Source: Vicugna vicugna (Eukaryota). From it: a DNA stretch of 64,000 bases. The translations under genes and the position numbers were made by a program. This document shows positions 11,819 through 26,800 of this stretch, piece by piece. The notes under the pieces are model-generated. The model did no database searches and was not told the DNA's origin. It saw nothing but the letters and a program-made list of their open reading frames with translations. Position 1 is the stretch's first letter. Each line of letters opens with the position of its first letter. The stretch spans positions 11,265,009-11,329,008 of the forward strand of contig MU058781.1 in the NCBI GenBank assembly GCA_013265495.1, written 5' to 3'.

Positions 11819-14800
11819 CTGTAGGGGACACAAAACAGGATTAATTACCCATTCATCATCTCTGCTAGGTTCCTGCTGTAATCCAGGCATAATGCTATGC
11901 TCCGGAGATACAAGGATGAGTAAGACACTGGCCAGACCCCAGGGCTTGAATTTAAAAGCCCTTTATGCTCAGGAAACCACAGCTGAGGAAGTTCACTCCA
12001 GTCCCTCCTCTGGTACATAAAGAATGAAGGAAAAGTGTGCCCAAGCGGCAGCCCGGTGCAGGCAGCTTATCTGCAGTGATCAGCACTTCTACAAGGGAGA
12101 GGTCTTGGTCAGTGTGTACACACCACCTTCTATGGCCCTGCCGCTTGAAATCTTGTAGGAACTGTCTTTCAAAATTGTCTTTAAAGAAGTGTTTGTTTAA
12201 CATGTTCACTGGTGGCAGATTTACAGACTTTGAGGTAGATTTCATTTTTGGAAACTACCAAACATTATTCTGAACCAAGGCTGGATCAAATTGGCTGATA
12301 GGGTTCTGGTAGAGCAGGGCCTGACAGTGAAATGACCAGTGAAGAGTTTCTCATTGACTTGATTTTGAAAACTACAAGTGAATCCAGAAATAATAATAAT
12401 GGCTAAAATTTATTGAGCCTTTACCCTATTTTAGATACCATGCTTAACCCTTTAAGTACGGCAGGGTCAGTTAAAAGGAAAAATTTAAACTTATTCATGG
12501 AATTACTCATTTACTAAGTCTCCTCTCCATTTCCTGGTTAAACTGTCTTCATTCCTAAAATCAAGTCTTCCACCAGCTTGTGCCCAGTCAGCCTGCTCCT
12601 CTCTCCATATCCACTCAGGCCTCCGCGAGCCCTTCCCCGACTCCGCTGTTGCTCTCTGACTGCCTTTGGCTTTTGGTCATCGTCTGTGAACCTGGATGGT
12701 TTTGTGAGTGTTTCATTTTTCCACCTAGACGCTAAGCACCTGGGGGCAGGGACCGTCTCGGGCTTGTGTCTACCTTTCTGGTGCCCAGTGTAGCCCTGCT
12801 CGTCCCACAGTCTCAGCACCTATGCTCTACCAGGGTTTGCGGGCTGACTGGTGGCAGCACCACTCAAGTAACAGCCGAGCCCTCCTAATTCGTTACCATT
12901 TCATTACTTAATGCTCGCATATCAGAGAAAGGAAGGAGGAGTCTTCAAAATCATAAGTTTTACTCAAGGCTCAGGAAAAGGCTGCTCTGAGATTGATTTA
13001 TCTTTATACTCAGTGCTTCAGGGCCCCCAGTCGCAGGTCTGTGTTGGGAAAGTGAAATCATATTGACTCAAGTGGACGACACTCAGGAAAGTGCATCTGC
13101 GTGTTGTGCAGACAGGACTCATAAGTTATGCCTAGGTGCGCTACACCACTCCCTGCAGGTGGTGTAATGGTTAATTGAGTGTAATTTTTATGTGATACAT
13201 GGGTTTTTGGTAAGTTTAATTTTTGGAAAGTGAATGCAAGCCAAATTTATAATATAAAGTAGTCCCACGACCCAATCTTTTGAGACTCCTCCCATAAGCT
13301 TATAATCCATCTTTTTCTGTCATGGCTAACCCTAAATTTTTGCTTTCAAGCTTGCCTGTAAATGAGTTAAAGCAAGGGCTGCTTAAGCTGTTGGCCAGTA
13401 GAGGGCAGTTTCACCACAGTTCTCACAAGCCAGAGCCAGTCCACAGCACCTGCCCGGCCCCACAGACCCCGTCTGTACCCGAAAATCTAGGAAGGCTTCC
13501 CCAGCCCTTCCTCCCAGTTTGCACCTACTCTTCAGCATTTAATCCTATACAGATTGGCATTTTACTTAACTTCCCATGTGTATAAACCTTGATTTTCCTC
13601 AAGAGCAAGGACTCTTGTCTTCTCTTTCTCTCTCTCTCATAGCCTAGCACAGTTCTGTACAATGTCATACTCTAAAATGAAAGAATCAGGGGTTTTGCTG
13701 TGTATTTTAAGCTAACCCCCTTTAATCTGCTATATCTATTAAAATTCAAAATGTGCATACTATTTGACCTAGCAATCTTGTAGGAATCTTACCAGCAGTG
13801 GTATTTGCACAGTCATATAAAAGACATAGCTGAAAGAATGCTCAGTTACAGCATTCTCTGTAATAGTAAAATTGGAAGTAACTGGGTAAATGTCTATGAG
13901 GAAGTGAACCAAAGAAGTAAGATATGGTGCATTGGACAATAAATTACAATTCTGTCATTAAAAAGAATCGGTTAGTGTGTGTGTGTGTGTGTGTGTCTGT
14001 CTGTCTGTCTGTCTGTCTTTTTTTCTAGAATCATACAAAAACAGTTTGGAAGAAAAAGAGCCAATATGGCTAACCAGCTGCCCCTGGAGTGCAGCAGCGG
14101 CTGCCCCTGGAGTGCAGCAGCGGCCTTGAGGGAGTGTGAGGGAGGGAGTGAGCATGCTGTGGTCTGGCAGGGCTCTACTTGTGGACACTGCACTTTGAAA
14201 TTCATTCAACTTCATGTGTTGTGAAATACTGTTTTGTTTTGTTTTTTTCAACCTTTACACACGTCAGTCATTTTCAGTTCTTGGGCTGCCAACTAGAGCT
14301 GGTTCTCAGGCTGTAATCTGCCAAGCCCTGTGGTGGAGGATGAAATTGGAGGGATGGTGAGGCAAGCTTTCCATGCAGAAAATGATGGGACTGTATGTGA
14401 ATATTATTTTCCTTTTTGTAAATCTAAAATATATATAAAATGAGCTCATCCCAAGTCCCAGCCCTGGAACAAACGCAGGCACAAGAGTGGCCGGGTCTCA
14501 TAGGACTCACCTTTTTCTTCGACCGCACAGTGATCACAGAGCTCCCAAACCTTGAGCTTGCCTGCAAAACACACCGTCTGTTAGTGGCCTTCTGAAAACA
14601 CAGGGTAATATTTTATCAATTCAAAATAAAGGAAAGGGCATTTTTTAGGGGGTAGTTTTTCTTTCATTCTTTCAGAAGATACTTACTTCAGGAGAAATCA
14701 ATACGTATTGGGCCTGGAAGAAAGAAAATGGTGAGAAAGGGAGGCTATTGATGTTATTACTATTGATGTGGATTTTTTTAACCAATTTTAATTACACTCT

Positions 14801-17800
14801 TACCCTCATATTTCTACATTTCAGAGAAGCCCTTTGATACCAGAAATTCCCTTAATAGGAATGCAGCTCAGAAAAAGATGTATAAAAATGTTCAGTGTGA
14901 ATGTCATATTTATAATAGCAAAAATTTGAAATGGACTGAGTGACTATTTAGTCATTTAAATCATGGTTAAATAAATTGGTTTATCTACAGATAAAATACT
15001 AGGCAGCCAGTAAATATATAATATAGGAAGGCATAGAAAACTTACTACATTGATAGTTTAAAAAAAAATCAAGTTATAAAGTTGTATACAAAATTATCTA
15101 CAATATGGCCACAATTTAGTAAAATATATACCCACACACATAGTATAATGGTAAAGAGTGCACTTTAGAGTCGGCTCTTGGTTTGAGTCACTGTTTTGCC
15201 ATTTCCTAGCAGTATGACATGTGACAAATTCCTTATCTGATCATCAATGTCTTTATCTGTAACAGGCAAAATACCAAATTAATAGCTTTGATGTGTGGAT
15301 CAGACTGTATTTGTGTGTGTGTATATATATATATGTATGTGTATGTATATGTATATGTATACATATAGAGTGTGTGTGTATATATATGCTACTTAGCATA
15401 GTGCCGGGCACAGAGTGCACAAAAAAATGGTAGCAACTAAGTTCATAAAACTAGATGGATACCCATCAGAAGGTTAACAGACATCTCTGGAGAGTGGAAT
15501 TCTAGGTAGATGACTTTAATTTTCTTCTTTGTACTGTTTTGTATTTTCTACAGTTTTACAATAAACTTCATTCATTTTGCAATCTGAAAAATAATTAGGT
15601 TTAAAAATAACTACAAATGTTTTAGGCCCAGGAAACTGAAGGAAACCTACCTGAGAAAAAGAATAAAACAAAGCAATGAAATAAAATAAATATGACGAAT
15701 TAAGATGAAATAAAAAGGGAGTTTTCATGAAACCCCTACGGCCATGGCCTGTTTTCTTGCGCTGTGGCTCCTAACCAGGCAGTGGCGGGCTGTGACCCGG
15801 ACCAGCGCAGCACTAGCACAGAGCACAGGTGATCATGCCCTGACCCCACGTTCAGGCAGAAACTAAGCGTTCTACAGTGGACATGACTTAAGAAGACGCC
15901 AGCAAGTAGCCTTCCTCCCCAACGTGGGGTGGAATTTTGTACAAGAACATTTTACCTTTTCTTCTGGACACGGAGCTACCCATGATTTGCATTTGCCTGT
16001 CATGTCGCCGGAGGTGATCTGTTTGCCGTTATATACATAAACGCGGCCATCTTCTCCCCCCATCAGGCCAGAGGTCGCATCTGTGATCCTCAGTGGGGCT
16101 GCCACGATGACTTCATCTGTAAACAACACAGAGCAGCAGCAGAAGCACCTGACTCCTCACTGTCCTCTGCTCCATGGCTCCACTACTGGATCCTAATGCA
16201 GCCTTCCACAGATAATCTCAGTGCAGCCTTTGACTAGTCTACCCTGGCTTCATTCCAGCGTAGTCAAAGGCTTTTGTTTTCTGTTTCATCATCAATAACA
16301 GTTCATGTGGGTGGCTCTCACATTACCACTTCACAAAGTATGGCTTAGCCGTGTATAGCCAGCTCCGATCTTGATTCAGAATATGTAACTCAAAATACGT
16401 TGAAAGGCCCTTGGGCTACTGGGCTGTCAATTATGAGGGCTGCGCTTAGATGATCCAGTTGGGGCCCCATCTAGTAAACAAAGACTCAGCTAGAGGTACT
16501 TCCTTTCCTACCTAAGCCATCGTTATCCAGGTCACTCAAGTGCAGGACTCCACCAAATCGGGAGAAGCGGCGGTCTCCGCTGAAGGTGCTGAGCAAAGAA
16601 GGCTGCAAGTCAGGTGACAGTCCATACATCCGAGCACCTCCACCTTGGTGCAAGGTCATGGTCAGGAATGCCACCTTAGACACGTCATCTGAAATAAACC
16701 ACAGTACAGTAACTGCTACCATCACAAGGATGAGGACAGGTTAAACACTGAACAGAATCCTCTTCTCGTTCATGTCTCTGTGCCACATGTGACCAGGCAG
16801 ACCACTCAGAATCACACGGGGTAGATGGTTTAGTGCCTGTCAACTCTGGTCATTTACAACTAGCTTGGGCACCAAACATTGGATAAGCTCGGTGATATCC
16901 CATCAAACGTGTTCATCTTTCTGCCTACCCCCTCCAGTACATCTCCACACAACCATCTTTTCACTGTGCAAACCGCCTATAGCACCCTTCTGATTTGTAA
17001 CTCTGGATAAAGTCCAAATTCTTTGCAAGGCCTCGTACAAGCCCACAAGGCCCTACAGAATCCGACTGCTACTTATGGCTCTAGCATCTTCTGGGGCCAC
17101 TTGCCCCTTTTCACCCAAAACGAATTTACACCACAGCCCATTATATTTCTTAAGTCTGGGCCTTTGAACGTGATGGGCTACCTGCCTGGAAGGGACACCA
17201 CTGTCCCTGCAGCCTCCCTCTCCTGTCACACCCAGCTGCCCGCCAGTTCCTGCTCCTCCAGAATCACTCAGGCTGAGAAAGGCCCTGCGCTTGGCTCTAT
17301 GCTCTGCTGCCACTGACTTAAAACTCTGGGTAGTTTTTTAAAACAAATTTTTGTACTGGGTCCCACAAATTATGTTGGTGAAATATAATGAAAACACAAG
17401 GAAAATGGGAAAATCTGAACAAGATTGGTGGATTATATCTATGTTGATAACTCGGTTGTGACATCATTATGGTTTGCAAGCTGTTATCATTGGGGAAAAC
17501 TGGAGAAAATATAACATGGATCTGATTTCTTACAACTGTGTTTAAATTTCTAATTACCTCAAAAAGCTTCATTTATATGTGATATACGTATGTATGACAT
17601 ATATAATTATATACAATTAACCTTTTTATTTTGTATTTTATACAATATTTTATAATAGAGAAAATTGCTAAGGCAGTAAGAGAACCCAAACCAAGGAAAT
17701 TTGGGAAGCTCTAATCCACAGCACTCGGGCAGCAAGAGCTATGAGGTAAATGAAATCAGTAACGCTTGTTGCACGAGTGTAGAAATCACTACCTAGACTC

Positions 17801-20800
17801 TGCAAAGGAAAACAAACAAAAAACTGTTCCAAAGCTAAGTCAGCAACTTTTTGTTAAAATGCTGTCTCCTTACCATGCAGTGAAAAGTTTAACTGTTCCT
17901 TTGCCCAATCCACTTCTGCTTATCAAATATAAAATTATGTGAAACAAAAAATCTTTCTGAAAAAATCATTGGGCAGTATGTAATAGGAGCCTTAAGATTA
18001 AACTGTCTATTCCAAGAATTCTATCCAAAAAACAAATCAGAAAGGCAGTCAGATTTCTGTACATGGATGTTCAGTAATTCCTTATTCACAACAACAAAAA
18101 AATGGAAATAACCTAAAATTCCAGCAATAGGATAACAGTAGTAAACTGCATGTGCTTACAGAAAAAATGTGATACGGGATCAAAAGTCATACTTTAGAAG
18201 ATCATTTAACATGAGAGCATGCTCAAGATATGAAATATTAGGTGTGAAAAATATATAGTATGTTTTTAAATATCTGGATAAGGGTGATTTACTTCTGTAC
18301 ACTTGTATTTTCACAAATTTCTATAATAAGCATGATGCACTTTTGTCATCTTGGAGGGAGTAATTTTTTTTTAACTCTCCGCAAAGCAAAGTAATATTTT
18401 ATTAACATATACCCTCAGAGTGGACCTATCCTGATGAACTGATTTATAAAATGCACTGAACGCTTCTCTAGCTCCAAGCTCAAAGGGATAGAAGGTTTAA
18501 AAACACACCAACTTACTTTCATGTGTGATTTTCAGCAAATCTTCAAAATAGACATTATAAACTGTATTTTGCAGATAATGATAGGTTCAGGGAGATTAAG
18601 TAACTTCCCCAAAGTGACCCTGTTTGCTAGTAATGAGAAAGGAAGTATTTAAACTCAGGTCCGTCTGCCTCCAGATCTCATTAACTTCCCCCAAATATGA
18701 CATGGTCACATGACTAAGAAGAAGCGAAGTTTCATGGTAGGTGACCTACCTTGGGTTGGAGTCCCAACCAGCAGCACTTGTGTCCGGGTCCCATTCACCG
18801 TCACGTGGCCGCTTGACAGGGAGGTACCCAGTTTCCCCATTGCCTGTGAAATGCAGTAAGTCAATCCAGTACAACTGAGAAAACTTTCTCTGTGGTCCAC
18901 TCTCCTGGGGAGGGAGGGGCTACCATACCTTGTCTCCAGCAATGGTGAACCAGCTTTCGCAGTTTGGCGGGAAATAGCCATACACCTGTCCGAGGCTCTG
19001 TTTCTCATCACGAGTGCGGAACAAACGGCCCAGACTGGAATGAAGCACACTGGGCTTAGCTGCTGGGGCACAGGGTTTAATGCTGGCCAAGTGTTCAGGT
19101 CCAAGAAAAGACAACACATCTCTTCGCCACCCATGCCCTCCTCCCTGTATATTCTTGGTCCCTGTGATCCTAGGCCAGGGTGGGGGAAGGGGGGCTTTCA
19201 GAGTGAACCCCAGTTATCAAGGCTCTCCAGATACGAGGTTCACCATCCTACTTCCCAGCTGACAAAATATAGGGATGCCTACTGTTACGAGCTGAATTGT
19301 GTTCCCCCAAAATTCATATATTGAAATCCTAACCCCCAGTACCTCAGAATAGGGCTGAATTTGAAGACAGGGTCTTTAAAGAGGTAATTATGTTCAAATG
19401 AGGTCATTAAAGTGGGGCCCTAATCCAATATGGTTAGTGTCCTTATAAGAAGAGGGAAAGACACCATGGATGGGCCCACAGAAAGGAGGCTGTGTGAGGA
19501 CATGGGGAAGACAGCCATCCATAAGCAAGGGAGGGAGGAAGTCAACCCGGCTGACACCTTGATTTCACATTTCTAACCTCCAGAACTGTGAGAAAATGAA
19601 TTCCTGTTGCTTAAGCCACCCGGGTTGTGGCACCTTGGCAGCCCAGGCAGACTAGCCCACCTCTCTCACTTTGAAACTTCTAAGAAGGAGCATTTGCAGC
19701 CTTGCCCCCAGAGCCTCAGCTGTTCCTTGAAGGGTAAGACTGTCTTAGCCGCTTCCTCTGAACCCACACTTCACAGGCCCCCAGGGCGGCAGGCACCTGC
19801 CCCTTGTGCTCCTGGGTGCTGGGTCCCCACGTGAGTGCTCACCTGCTGGCATTCTTCCAGGTGGGGCTCCCAGCCAACAGCAAAGTCCTGTTGTTGACAG
19901 TGACACCATGAAGGGAATACCCTAACCAGGCGTAGTCCTCCTCGCCTCTCACCATCCAGTTGGCCGCCTCCACGTTCAGATTTTCTACACAAGACAGCCA
20001 GTGCCTTTTACTTGAAGTGGGAAGACCACCAGACTAGACAGAGGGGGCTTTTTTTGTAGAATAATGAGAGATGGGTTCATGGGGCTGAATTTCTACCAGA
20101 ACTCTTGTGTCCCCATGCTATTCCCAGGGCCCCAATGTCAGAAATGGACCTCACACTCAAGTAAGAAACGTATTTCTAGAGCTCACTTCTCTTGGGCCTG
20201 TTGGACATTAAGCCCAGTGATGCTCGAGTGTGTCTACTCTTCCACTGAGACACTATGAGAATACTGTCACTATGTACACCCCCCCTCCCTGGATCTGAAT
20301 CTACAAAGCTGGATCTCTCTGTATATTCAGTGAGTCTATCCATTTCATGTTCTAGGACATCTGCAAGAGTAAGACTGTTAGAAAATTCAGGTGAAACAAT
20401 ATGCAATTAGGAAAACAGGACACAAACCCAAATGGCAAGAGAAGTCACCACCAACTAGAGCAGCTGAGGTCTCCACCCACCCATTCCTCCCACCCCCACC
20501 AAGCACTACCTTTGTCATTGTGGCTGGGGCCAGAATAAAATGCAGCCACAATTCCCTTCTGTTTTCCTCCCCCTGGTGCAAAAGGGGAGCCAATCACCAG
20601 GTCAGGCTCCCTGTCTCCATTCACATCTGCAGCCAAGAGTGTCCAGCCCAAGTTACAGTAGGTGTCCTGAAGAGGAAACATGAAACCTGTTCTACTCAGC
20701 CCCAGAGGCCATTAGGATTCAGCGAGTTCTAGTTTTTCTCCATCTGGTGAAGGTGGTCCACATACCTGGCAAGAGATGGTGATGTTGGGGGAAGAAGATA

Positions 20801-23800
20801 CTCTTCCTTGTTTGGAACCAAAGTAGATGTACACTGCACCCTAGGTGAGACAAACCACAGGGCGACCATAAGGCTGGGTGGTGACCCAAGAACCTTAAAT
20901 AGCAAAACGAAGACGACTGATGATGAAACAAATCACCATCAGAGCTCCCTAGGGTCAGGAGCTGACTACTGACAGAAGTCAGTGAGCAGTCCTGTGCATT
21001 GCTGCTGGGCTGAAATGTTTGTTTCAAGTCTGCCACTTCCATCAGATGATTAGAGCCCCTGGAGCAGAAACTGTCATTTTTATCTTTGGCTCTCCAGCGT
21101 CTTGCTCCAGATCTGCCATCCATAATTGTTCAGTGTATTTACAGAATGACTTATTTAACACTTTTCCCTCTTGAAGACTTGGCTGGGTTTCTGCCTCTTC
21201 CATGAAGCCCTCCCCTAGCCCAGCCCATTCTTTCTTTAAACACTACCTGGTCGTGTGGGTACCACTCACTTGCCTTGGGGCACGTGCTGTGCTCTTGTTC
21301 TGTGTTATGAACCAGTTTCTATCTTATAACTTGCCTGTCTCCATCCATACTCCCCCTCCAAGCATTTGTTTTCCATAGTGAGCCAAGGTCAGGGTACACA
21401 ATGATAAATAAGACCAATATCTATCCTCCTGAAAAGCTGGCCAAGAGGCAACTGTGGCATTGCAAAGTAAGGTGCTTCAAAGATGCAGCAAGCACAGGAT
21501 GCTATGTGAGGACAGCCAAGTGTCTCCTGACCCAGGGTTAGATCACACTTACTGCAGAAAGTGACATGCCACTGCTACAGAAAGAAAAAAAGCAGTGGTG
21601 GGGGAGAAAGGGCTTTCTAGACGGAGGGGGCTGGACGAGCACGGGTCCTAACATAAGTGTGCCCAACGGGTCTAGATGACAAATCTCGAAATAGGCTGAG
21701 GAGGAAGGGGAAGAGGTGAGCCTGCGGCAGGAGAGGGAAATGAAGGGTCTCTGACCGTCACTGTCACTCGTGGTGCCTGGCAACAGTGTGGAGGACTCCT
21801 GGGAGGAGAGCCCTGTGGTCCAGGACCCAGGATCTCTGCTCCCAGGAAGAAAATAGGGACCACATTAGGTTCCGAGGATGACAGGAAAGATCCAGGAAGT
21901 CACCTCTCTGCCGGGAAGACAGGAAGCTGTGGATCGGCTGGCATTTCTGCCTCACTTCACTATCATGCAGCATCCCCCGCAGGGAGAGAGGGGGTAGGAG
22001 GAGGGCACCTGGGGGAACTGGGAAATTCCACCCACGAAGCCAAACTAAGGCCAAGGAGGCAGGAACAGGTGCTGCCAGGTAACCTGCAGTCACACTGAGG
22101 AATCGAACAGAGGGCCGGGATCATCTCCCCACAAACACTCTGCCTGGCACCCTGATGGTCTGCTTTCCACAGGGGCTCCACAGACACAGCCTCTGCTCAG
22201 TGTCCCCTCCCCTCCCCCCCGTCCCCCTACGCCCCCAGCAGCAGCCTTACTGTGTAGGTGAGCTGCTCGGAGCCCACCGACGGGGCTCCCACGGCCAGGT
22301 CAGGCACGCCGTCCTTGTTAAAGTCCAGCACGGCCACGGCCGAGCCAAAGCGACCTGAGGGCTGAAGAGGCACCAGTTACTTCCCCCGGGTTCAGCCATA
22401 ACCTGCAGCAGAGCCCTCCTGGCTCCTGGAGTGGAGGGGCCTGGGGACCCCTCCCAGCACCGAGGAACAAGACGGCAGCAAACTAACTCAGCCCAGACCC
22501 GCCAGATGGGCCCCTCTGCCCTAAGGATGTTCTTGGCATGTCTGTCTGCCTCGGGGGGAAGATGAGATGCCAGAAAGGTCGGTTCTTCTAAGTTCTGGGG
22601 TTTTATTTTTTCGAAAATGGTCCGGTATGCATGGTGCCCATGTTAAGGACCAGACTCCTCTTGGAAAGTATCCAAAATGACCACCTAACACGCCAGGCAA
22701 CAGCAGCTAACCTTTATTGAGCACTCAGGATGTTCCAGAGCTGTGTTGGCCAGCGCGGTAGCCACTAGCTGAACGAGGCTATTACATTTAAATTACTTAA
22801 CAATAAGCCAGAAAAAAAAAAAGTCAATTTTTCATTTTTTTAGCACATTTCAAATGCTCAAAAGCCAAAGCACTTGGTAGGTCCCATATTGAACAGTGAA
22901 GCTTTAGAACATCTCCATCGTCACAGAAAGGTCTATTGACGATGCTGTAGACACTGTTTAAGCACTTTACATAAGGTAGATACTTTTATCATCCCCACTT
23001 CCCTGGTTTACAGATGGAAAACTCAGTCCAGTCAGGGGCAATTTTCTTCCCAGGTGGATTTTCTACATCTTTCCTCTACTATTATCTAGAACCAGCCTGA
23101 ATCTAAAAGTAACTCACGACGTCTTCTATTCTTTCACAACTGATGTAACAATAGTCTTGCACAAGTGATATTTGCCACATAACACACATGCCCCAGAACC
23201 CACATCTATTATTTCTTGACTAATCTCTCCACACCTGGATGCAATGGCATCTGAGAACACAGCCCCTTCCTACAAGGGAGGAACTTGATAAACGAGAGAG
23301 GACTGCCCCGGGACACAAGCACGCTGGGGCAGGGTGGGGACCAATATGTGGGGGCCCCTGCCCACTGAAGACAGGTTCATTTCATCACCACCAGCTCTAC
23401 CATCAAGCCCTCCCACAGGGTAACCAGTCATTCCAAGAAAAGCACAGTGTTCTAAAGTAGGCAAATGCACGCGATATCTATCCTATCTTACATTGCACAG
23501 ACAAGGACACAGAGAGGTTAACTGCAGATGGGGGATGACTGTGGGACTGCCATCCCCAGTGCATGCCTTCATGTGGACTTCTTCCAAATTATCAACCGAC
23601 ACTGGAGCTACCTCCTTCCTCACCCCAGGTGTCTGAGAGTTTATCAGCCACGGGAAGCAGCTGTCTCTCTTATTCCTTTTCTACAGGAGCCCAGAGAATC
23701 AACTTTACACACAGTCTGACAGGGCAATGGCTTGGTGAGAAGTAAGAAGAAACAGGAATGGGTTGCTTTATTCTGGAACTTTCTCATGTGGTGTCAGAAG

Positions 23801-26800
23801 TTTCCAGAAAATGCTGTCCCTCTGGACCATGTGACCTTCTACACTGGCCAGTCAACTTATTAACTCCTCTTGGGTTCAAGGCTCCTTCCAGCAGAGCTTA
23901 AACTAGATCACAAACCATCGGACTTTTCATAATATAAAGTATGTCCAGGCATGCCATCTCATTTTGTCTTCACGGCATTAACTCCACACGGAAAGTTCTA
24001 GTGGTATATCTGGGACAAGAAATAATCTGACCACAGACTCCCCTGGTGCTTGATATTTGGAGCTTCCAGTGCCACCAAAGCCCCCACACGCATCGGTGGC
24101 TGGAAGCAGGGCTCTGTAGGCCCCTTGTTATTTATTGCTGTGTGAGGACGGACACCAGTGACGCCAGGAGGAAACCCTCCAGGTCTCTAGTGCTCCCGAA
24201 AGGAATTTGTGCTGCCTCCGTGCAGAATGACATCTATACAGTCATTGCGGGATTTTTCTGGTGATGAATAACCCCTTAAAACAAAGGAAGGAAATCTGAA
24301 CAGAGTCTGGGGTTCGGTTAATGGTTTGGTTAACAGAAATGAGCCAGTGCTGGTCTCTTAATTTTGACAAGTAAACCACCATTATGTAAGGCGTTAACAC
24401 AGGGGAAACTGGGCACGGGCCTGTGCGAGGAACTCTTTGTACCATCTTCACAACTTTTCTGGGAATCTAAAATTCTTATAAGATAAAACATTTAGATATT
24501 TAAAAAAAAAAAAAAGTAAAATGAGGTTTTGTGTTATCAAGACATATCCTGAGTGGCTACTCAATGTCACTAAATAGTATGTGTGTTTTTGGAAGTTGTT
24601 GGACTAAACACTTAAAGTTAATAAGATGAGATGAATGAAGTGGACATGACTTAAAACAATGAAAAGTCCTACACAAATGCAGGCCACCAGCTGTCAGGTA
24701 CTATCATTACTCTTGCCCTTGGTCATTCACCCTGGACAGTTTGCCAGGAAAGGGGGACAGTGCCTTGTTGACATTAAAAGGGAAAATATGAGATGGGGGC
24801 CTTACCTGGAAACCCTCCAGGATCCCGTGGGCCTCCTTGTCCAGGTCTAGGTCGACAGGGGGCAAGCCCAGGTCGTTGCTGTAGACGAGGTACACGCGCC
24901 CCACCTGGATGTGGCCGGGGCGGCTGTAGCCCGGGGCGCCCACCACCAGGTCGCTGTACCCATCCTGGTTGAGGTCAGCCGAGGCCATTGCCCTGTAAAG
25001 AAGAAGACAGAACCCACCGTGGTGTCTACTGAAAGCTGTGGGCGAAACTGTCTCCTGCTCATTTCCTTTCTAGAATCTAGAATTTAACTTCTTCTCATGG
25101 ATTTCTCCATCCTGCATACTGTTGTGAATATTCACCTCTAAGGTTCTACTGTTTGTGTGATTCAGCCTTGTTCTCCAGGGGTCAAGAAACAACAACAAAA
25201 CTGGACCAGTCAGGGCCTCTGGGCATCTCTGGACCATATAATCTGAGCAGATAAAAAAGCATCCTCACAAAGCATCTTGTCCTACGTGCAAAACCTGGAG
25301 CAGCCAAAGCGCAATTCTGGGCTCCACCTGAGAGCAGAGAGGAAATTCGCCTTCTGCTAGTGGCGCACAGGATGTTCTGTGATCGGCTCAACTCATTTCA
25401 ATTTGCTGAACCTGACCAAAGACAAGCTTGCGATAAGTATACCATTTTATTTCTACCAGAGCTACAGAGGGCGGCATATATTGGAAAAAAATTAAATGTT
25501 TCACATATTTACTGGATGTTTCTAAATGAGATTCCATGACCTACCAGTTATAGAGATAGACAAACTGAGTCCAATGGTTCAAATGTCTCTGTTGGGGCTG
25601 GAATGACCACAAGTCACTTATTTATTCTAGTTCTGATGGCCACTAAGAATAAATAGCAACACAGAGAAAAAACTGCGGAGGAGTTTCTAAAAGGTGTGAT
25701 GCCTGGTGAGTAGGGTCAGACATACCACGGAGATGCTGCTCGTCTCTGCACTCCCAAGGCTGGGCACTGGCCAGAAATGGTCCCCAGGAAGCACCTCTGA
25801 CCTCTGTGCTGCTTCCCCCACCCCACCCCTGGCAGCAAGCCCAGCAGGACGCCTTCATTTGGATCTTTCCAGAAGGCAGCCAAGAAGAGCCATTCATTAT
25901 TCACTAGTCAATGGCCAATAAAGACAGCAAATGAAGACATTGACCTCCCATCCCCTCTGCTGGAGCGGAATGCATTAGCAGCTTGAAGAGGAAGGGCTGG
26001 CGGTATATTCCAAGGGAAACACATTGCCATTTGGATTTAGAAAGTGTGGTTTAAAAGAAGAGGTTTCACCAAAACCTCCCCCCAAAATGGTCACTTTTCA
26101 ATCCTTGGGCTCAGTTTTTTGTGAATCCGAGCACCACTAAAGCACCATCCTTACTGATTAATCTTTCTATCAAATACTTTATGCCCTTTCGTGTCCCCTC
26201 TGACCTTAATCCTGTGCTGACTGAACACGAATCAACCAGCGTCAGGTGACTAAGACTGCTGTTGTAATAACATCCTTAATGTGCTAAAACTGTCGGAGAT
26301 GTCATCATTAAGTACAAACTCAAGTTGTTTCTCCAGGGCAAGATGATCTAACAGACCCCTGAGCCATGGACCACCTGGCCAGAGACTCATAAACCAGAGA
26401 CATCCTGACCCCCAAAACTATGATTAAGGAATGTCACAAGATGATGAGTAATCCCAGGCTCTTTGTTCTTCCCTTTAAGAAAACCCCTCAGTCAAAGACG
26501 AAGTTGGAGTCGAATCTGAGGCTAGTCTTCCATTTCCTTGCTTGGGGCCCTGCAATAAACTGTATTTTCCTTCACCACAACTTAGTGTCAGTAGACTGGC
26601 TCTGCTGTGTATCAGGAGAGCAGACCTAAATTCGGTTCAGTAACAGTTGATTTTTAAAATCAGAGGAATCCCTAACATTCTCTTAATAAGACTACTGTGG
26701 AGTACTAGGCTTTTGCCGTGTAAAGTTAAATGATGCATTGATTGGAGAATAAAGTGCTAACAGGCACCATCTTAAACATCTGTGAATGACCACATGAAAT

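Noticed and set aside
14077..14122. CRISPR-like repeat
   Set aside because: Two adjacent copies with no spacer, in a mammalian intron.
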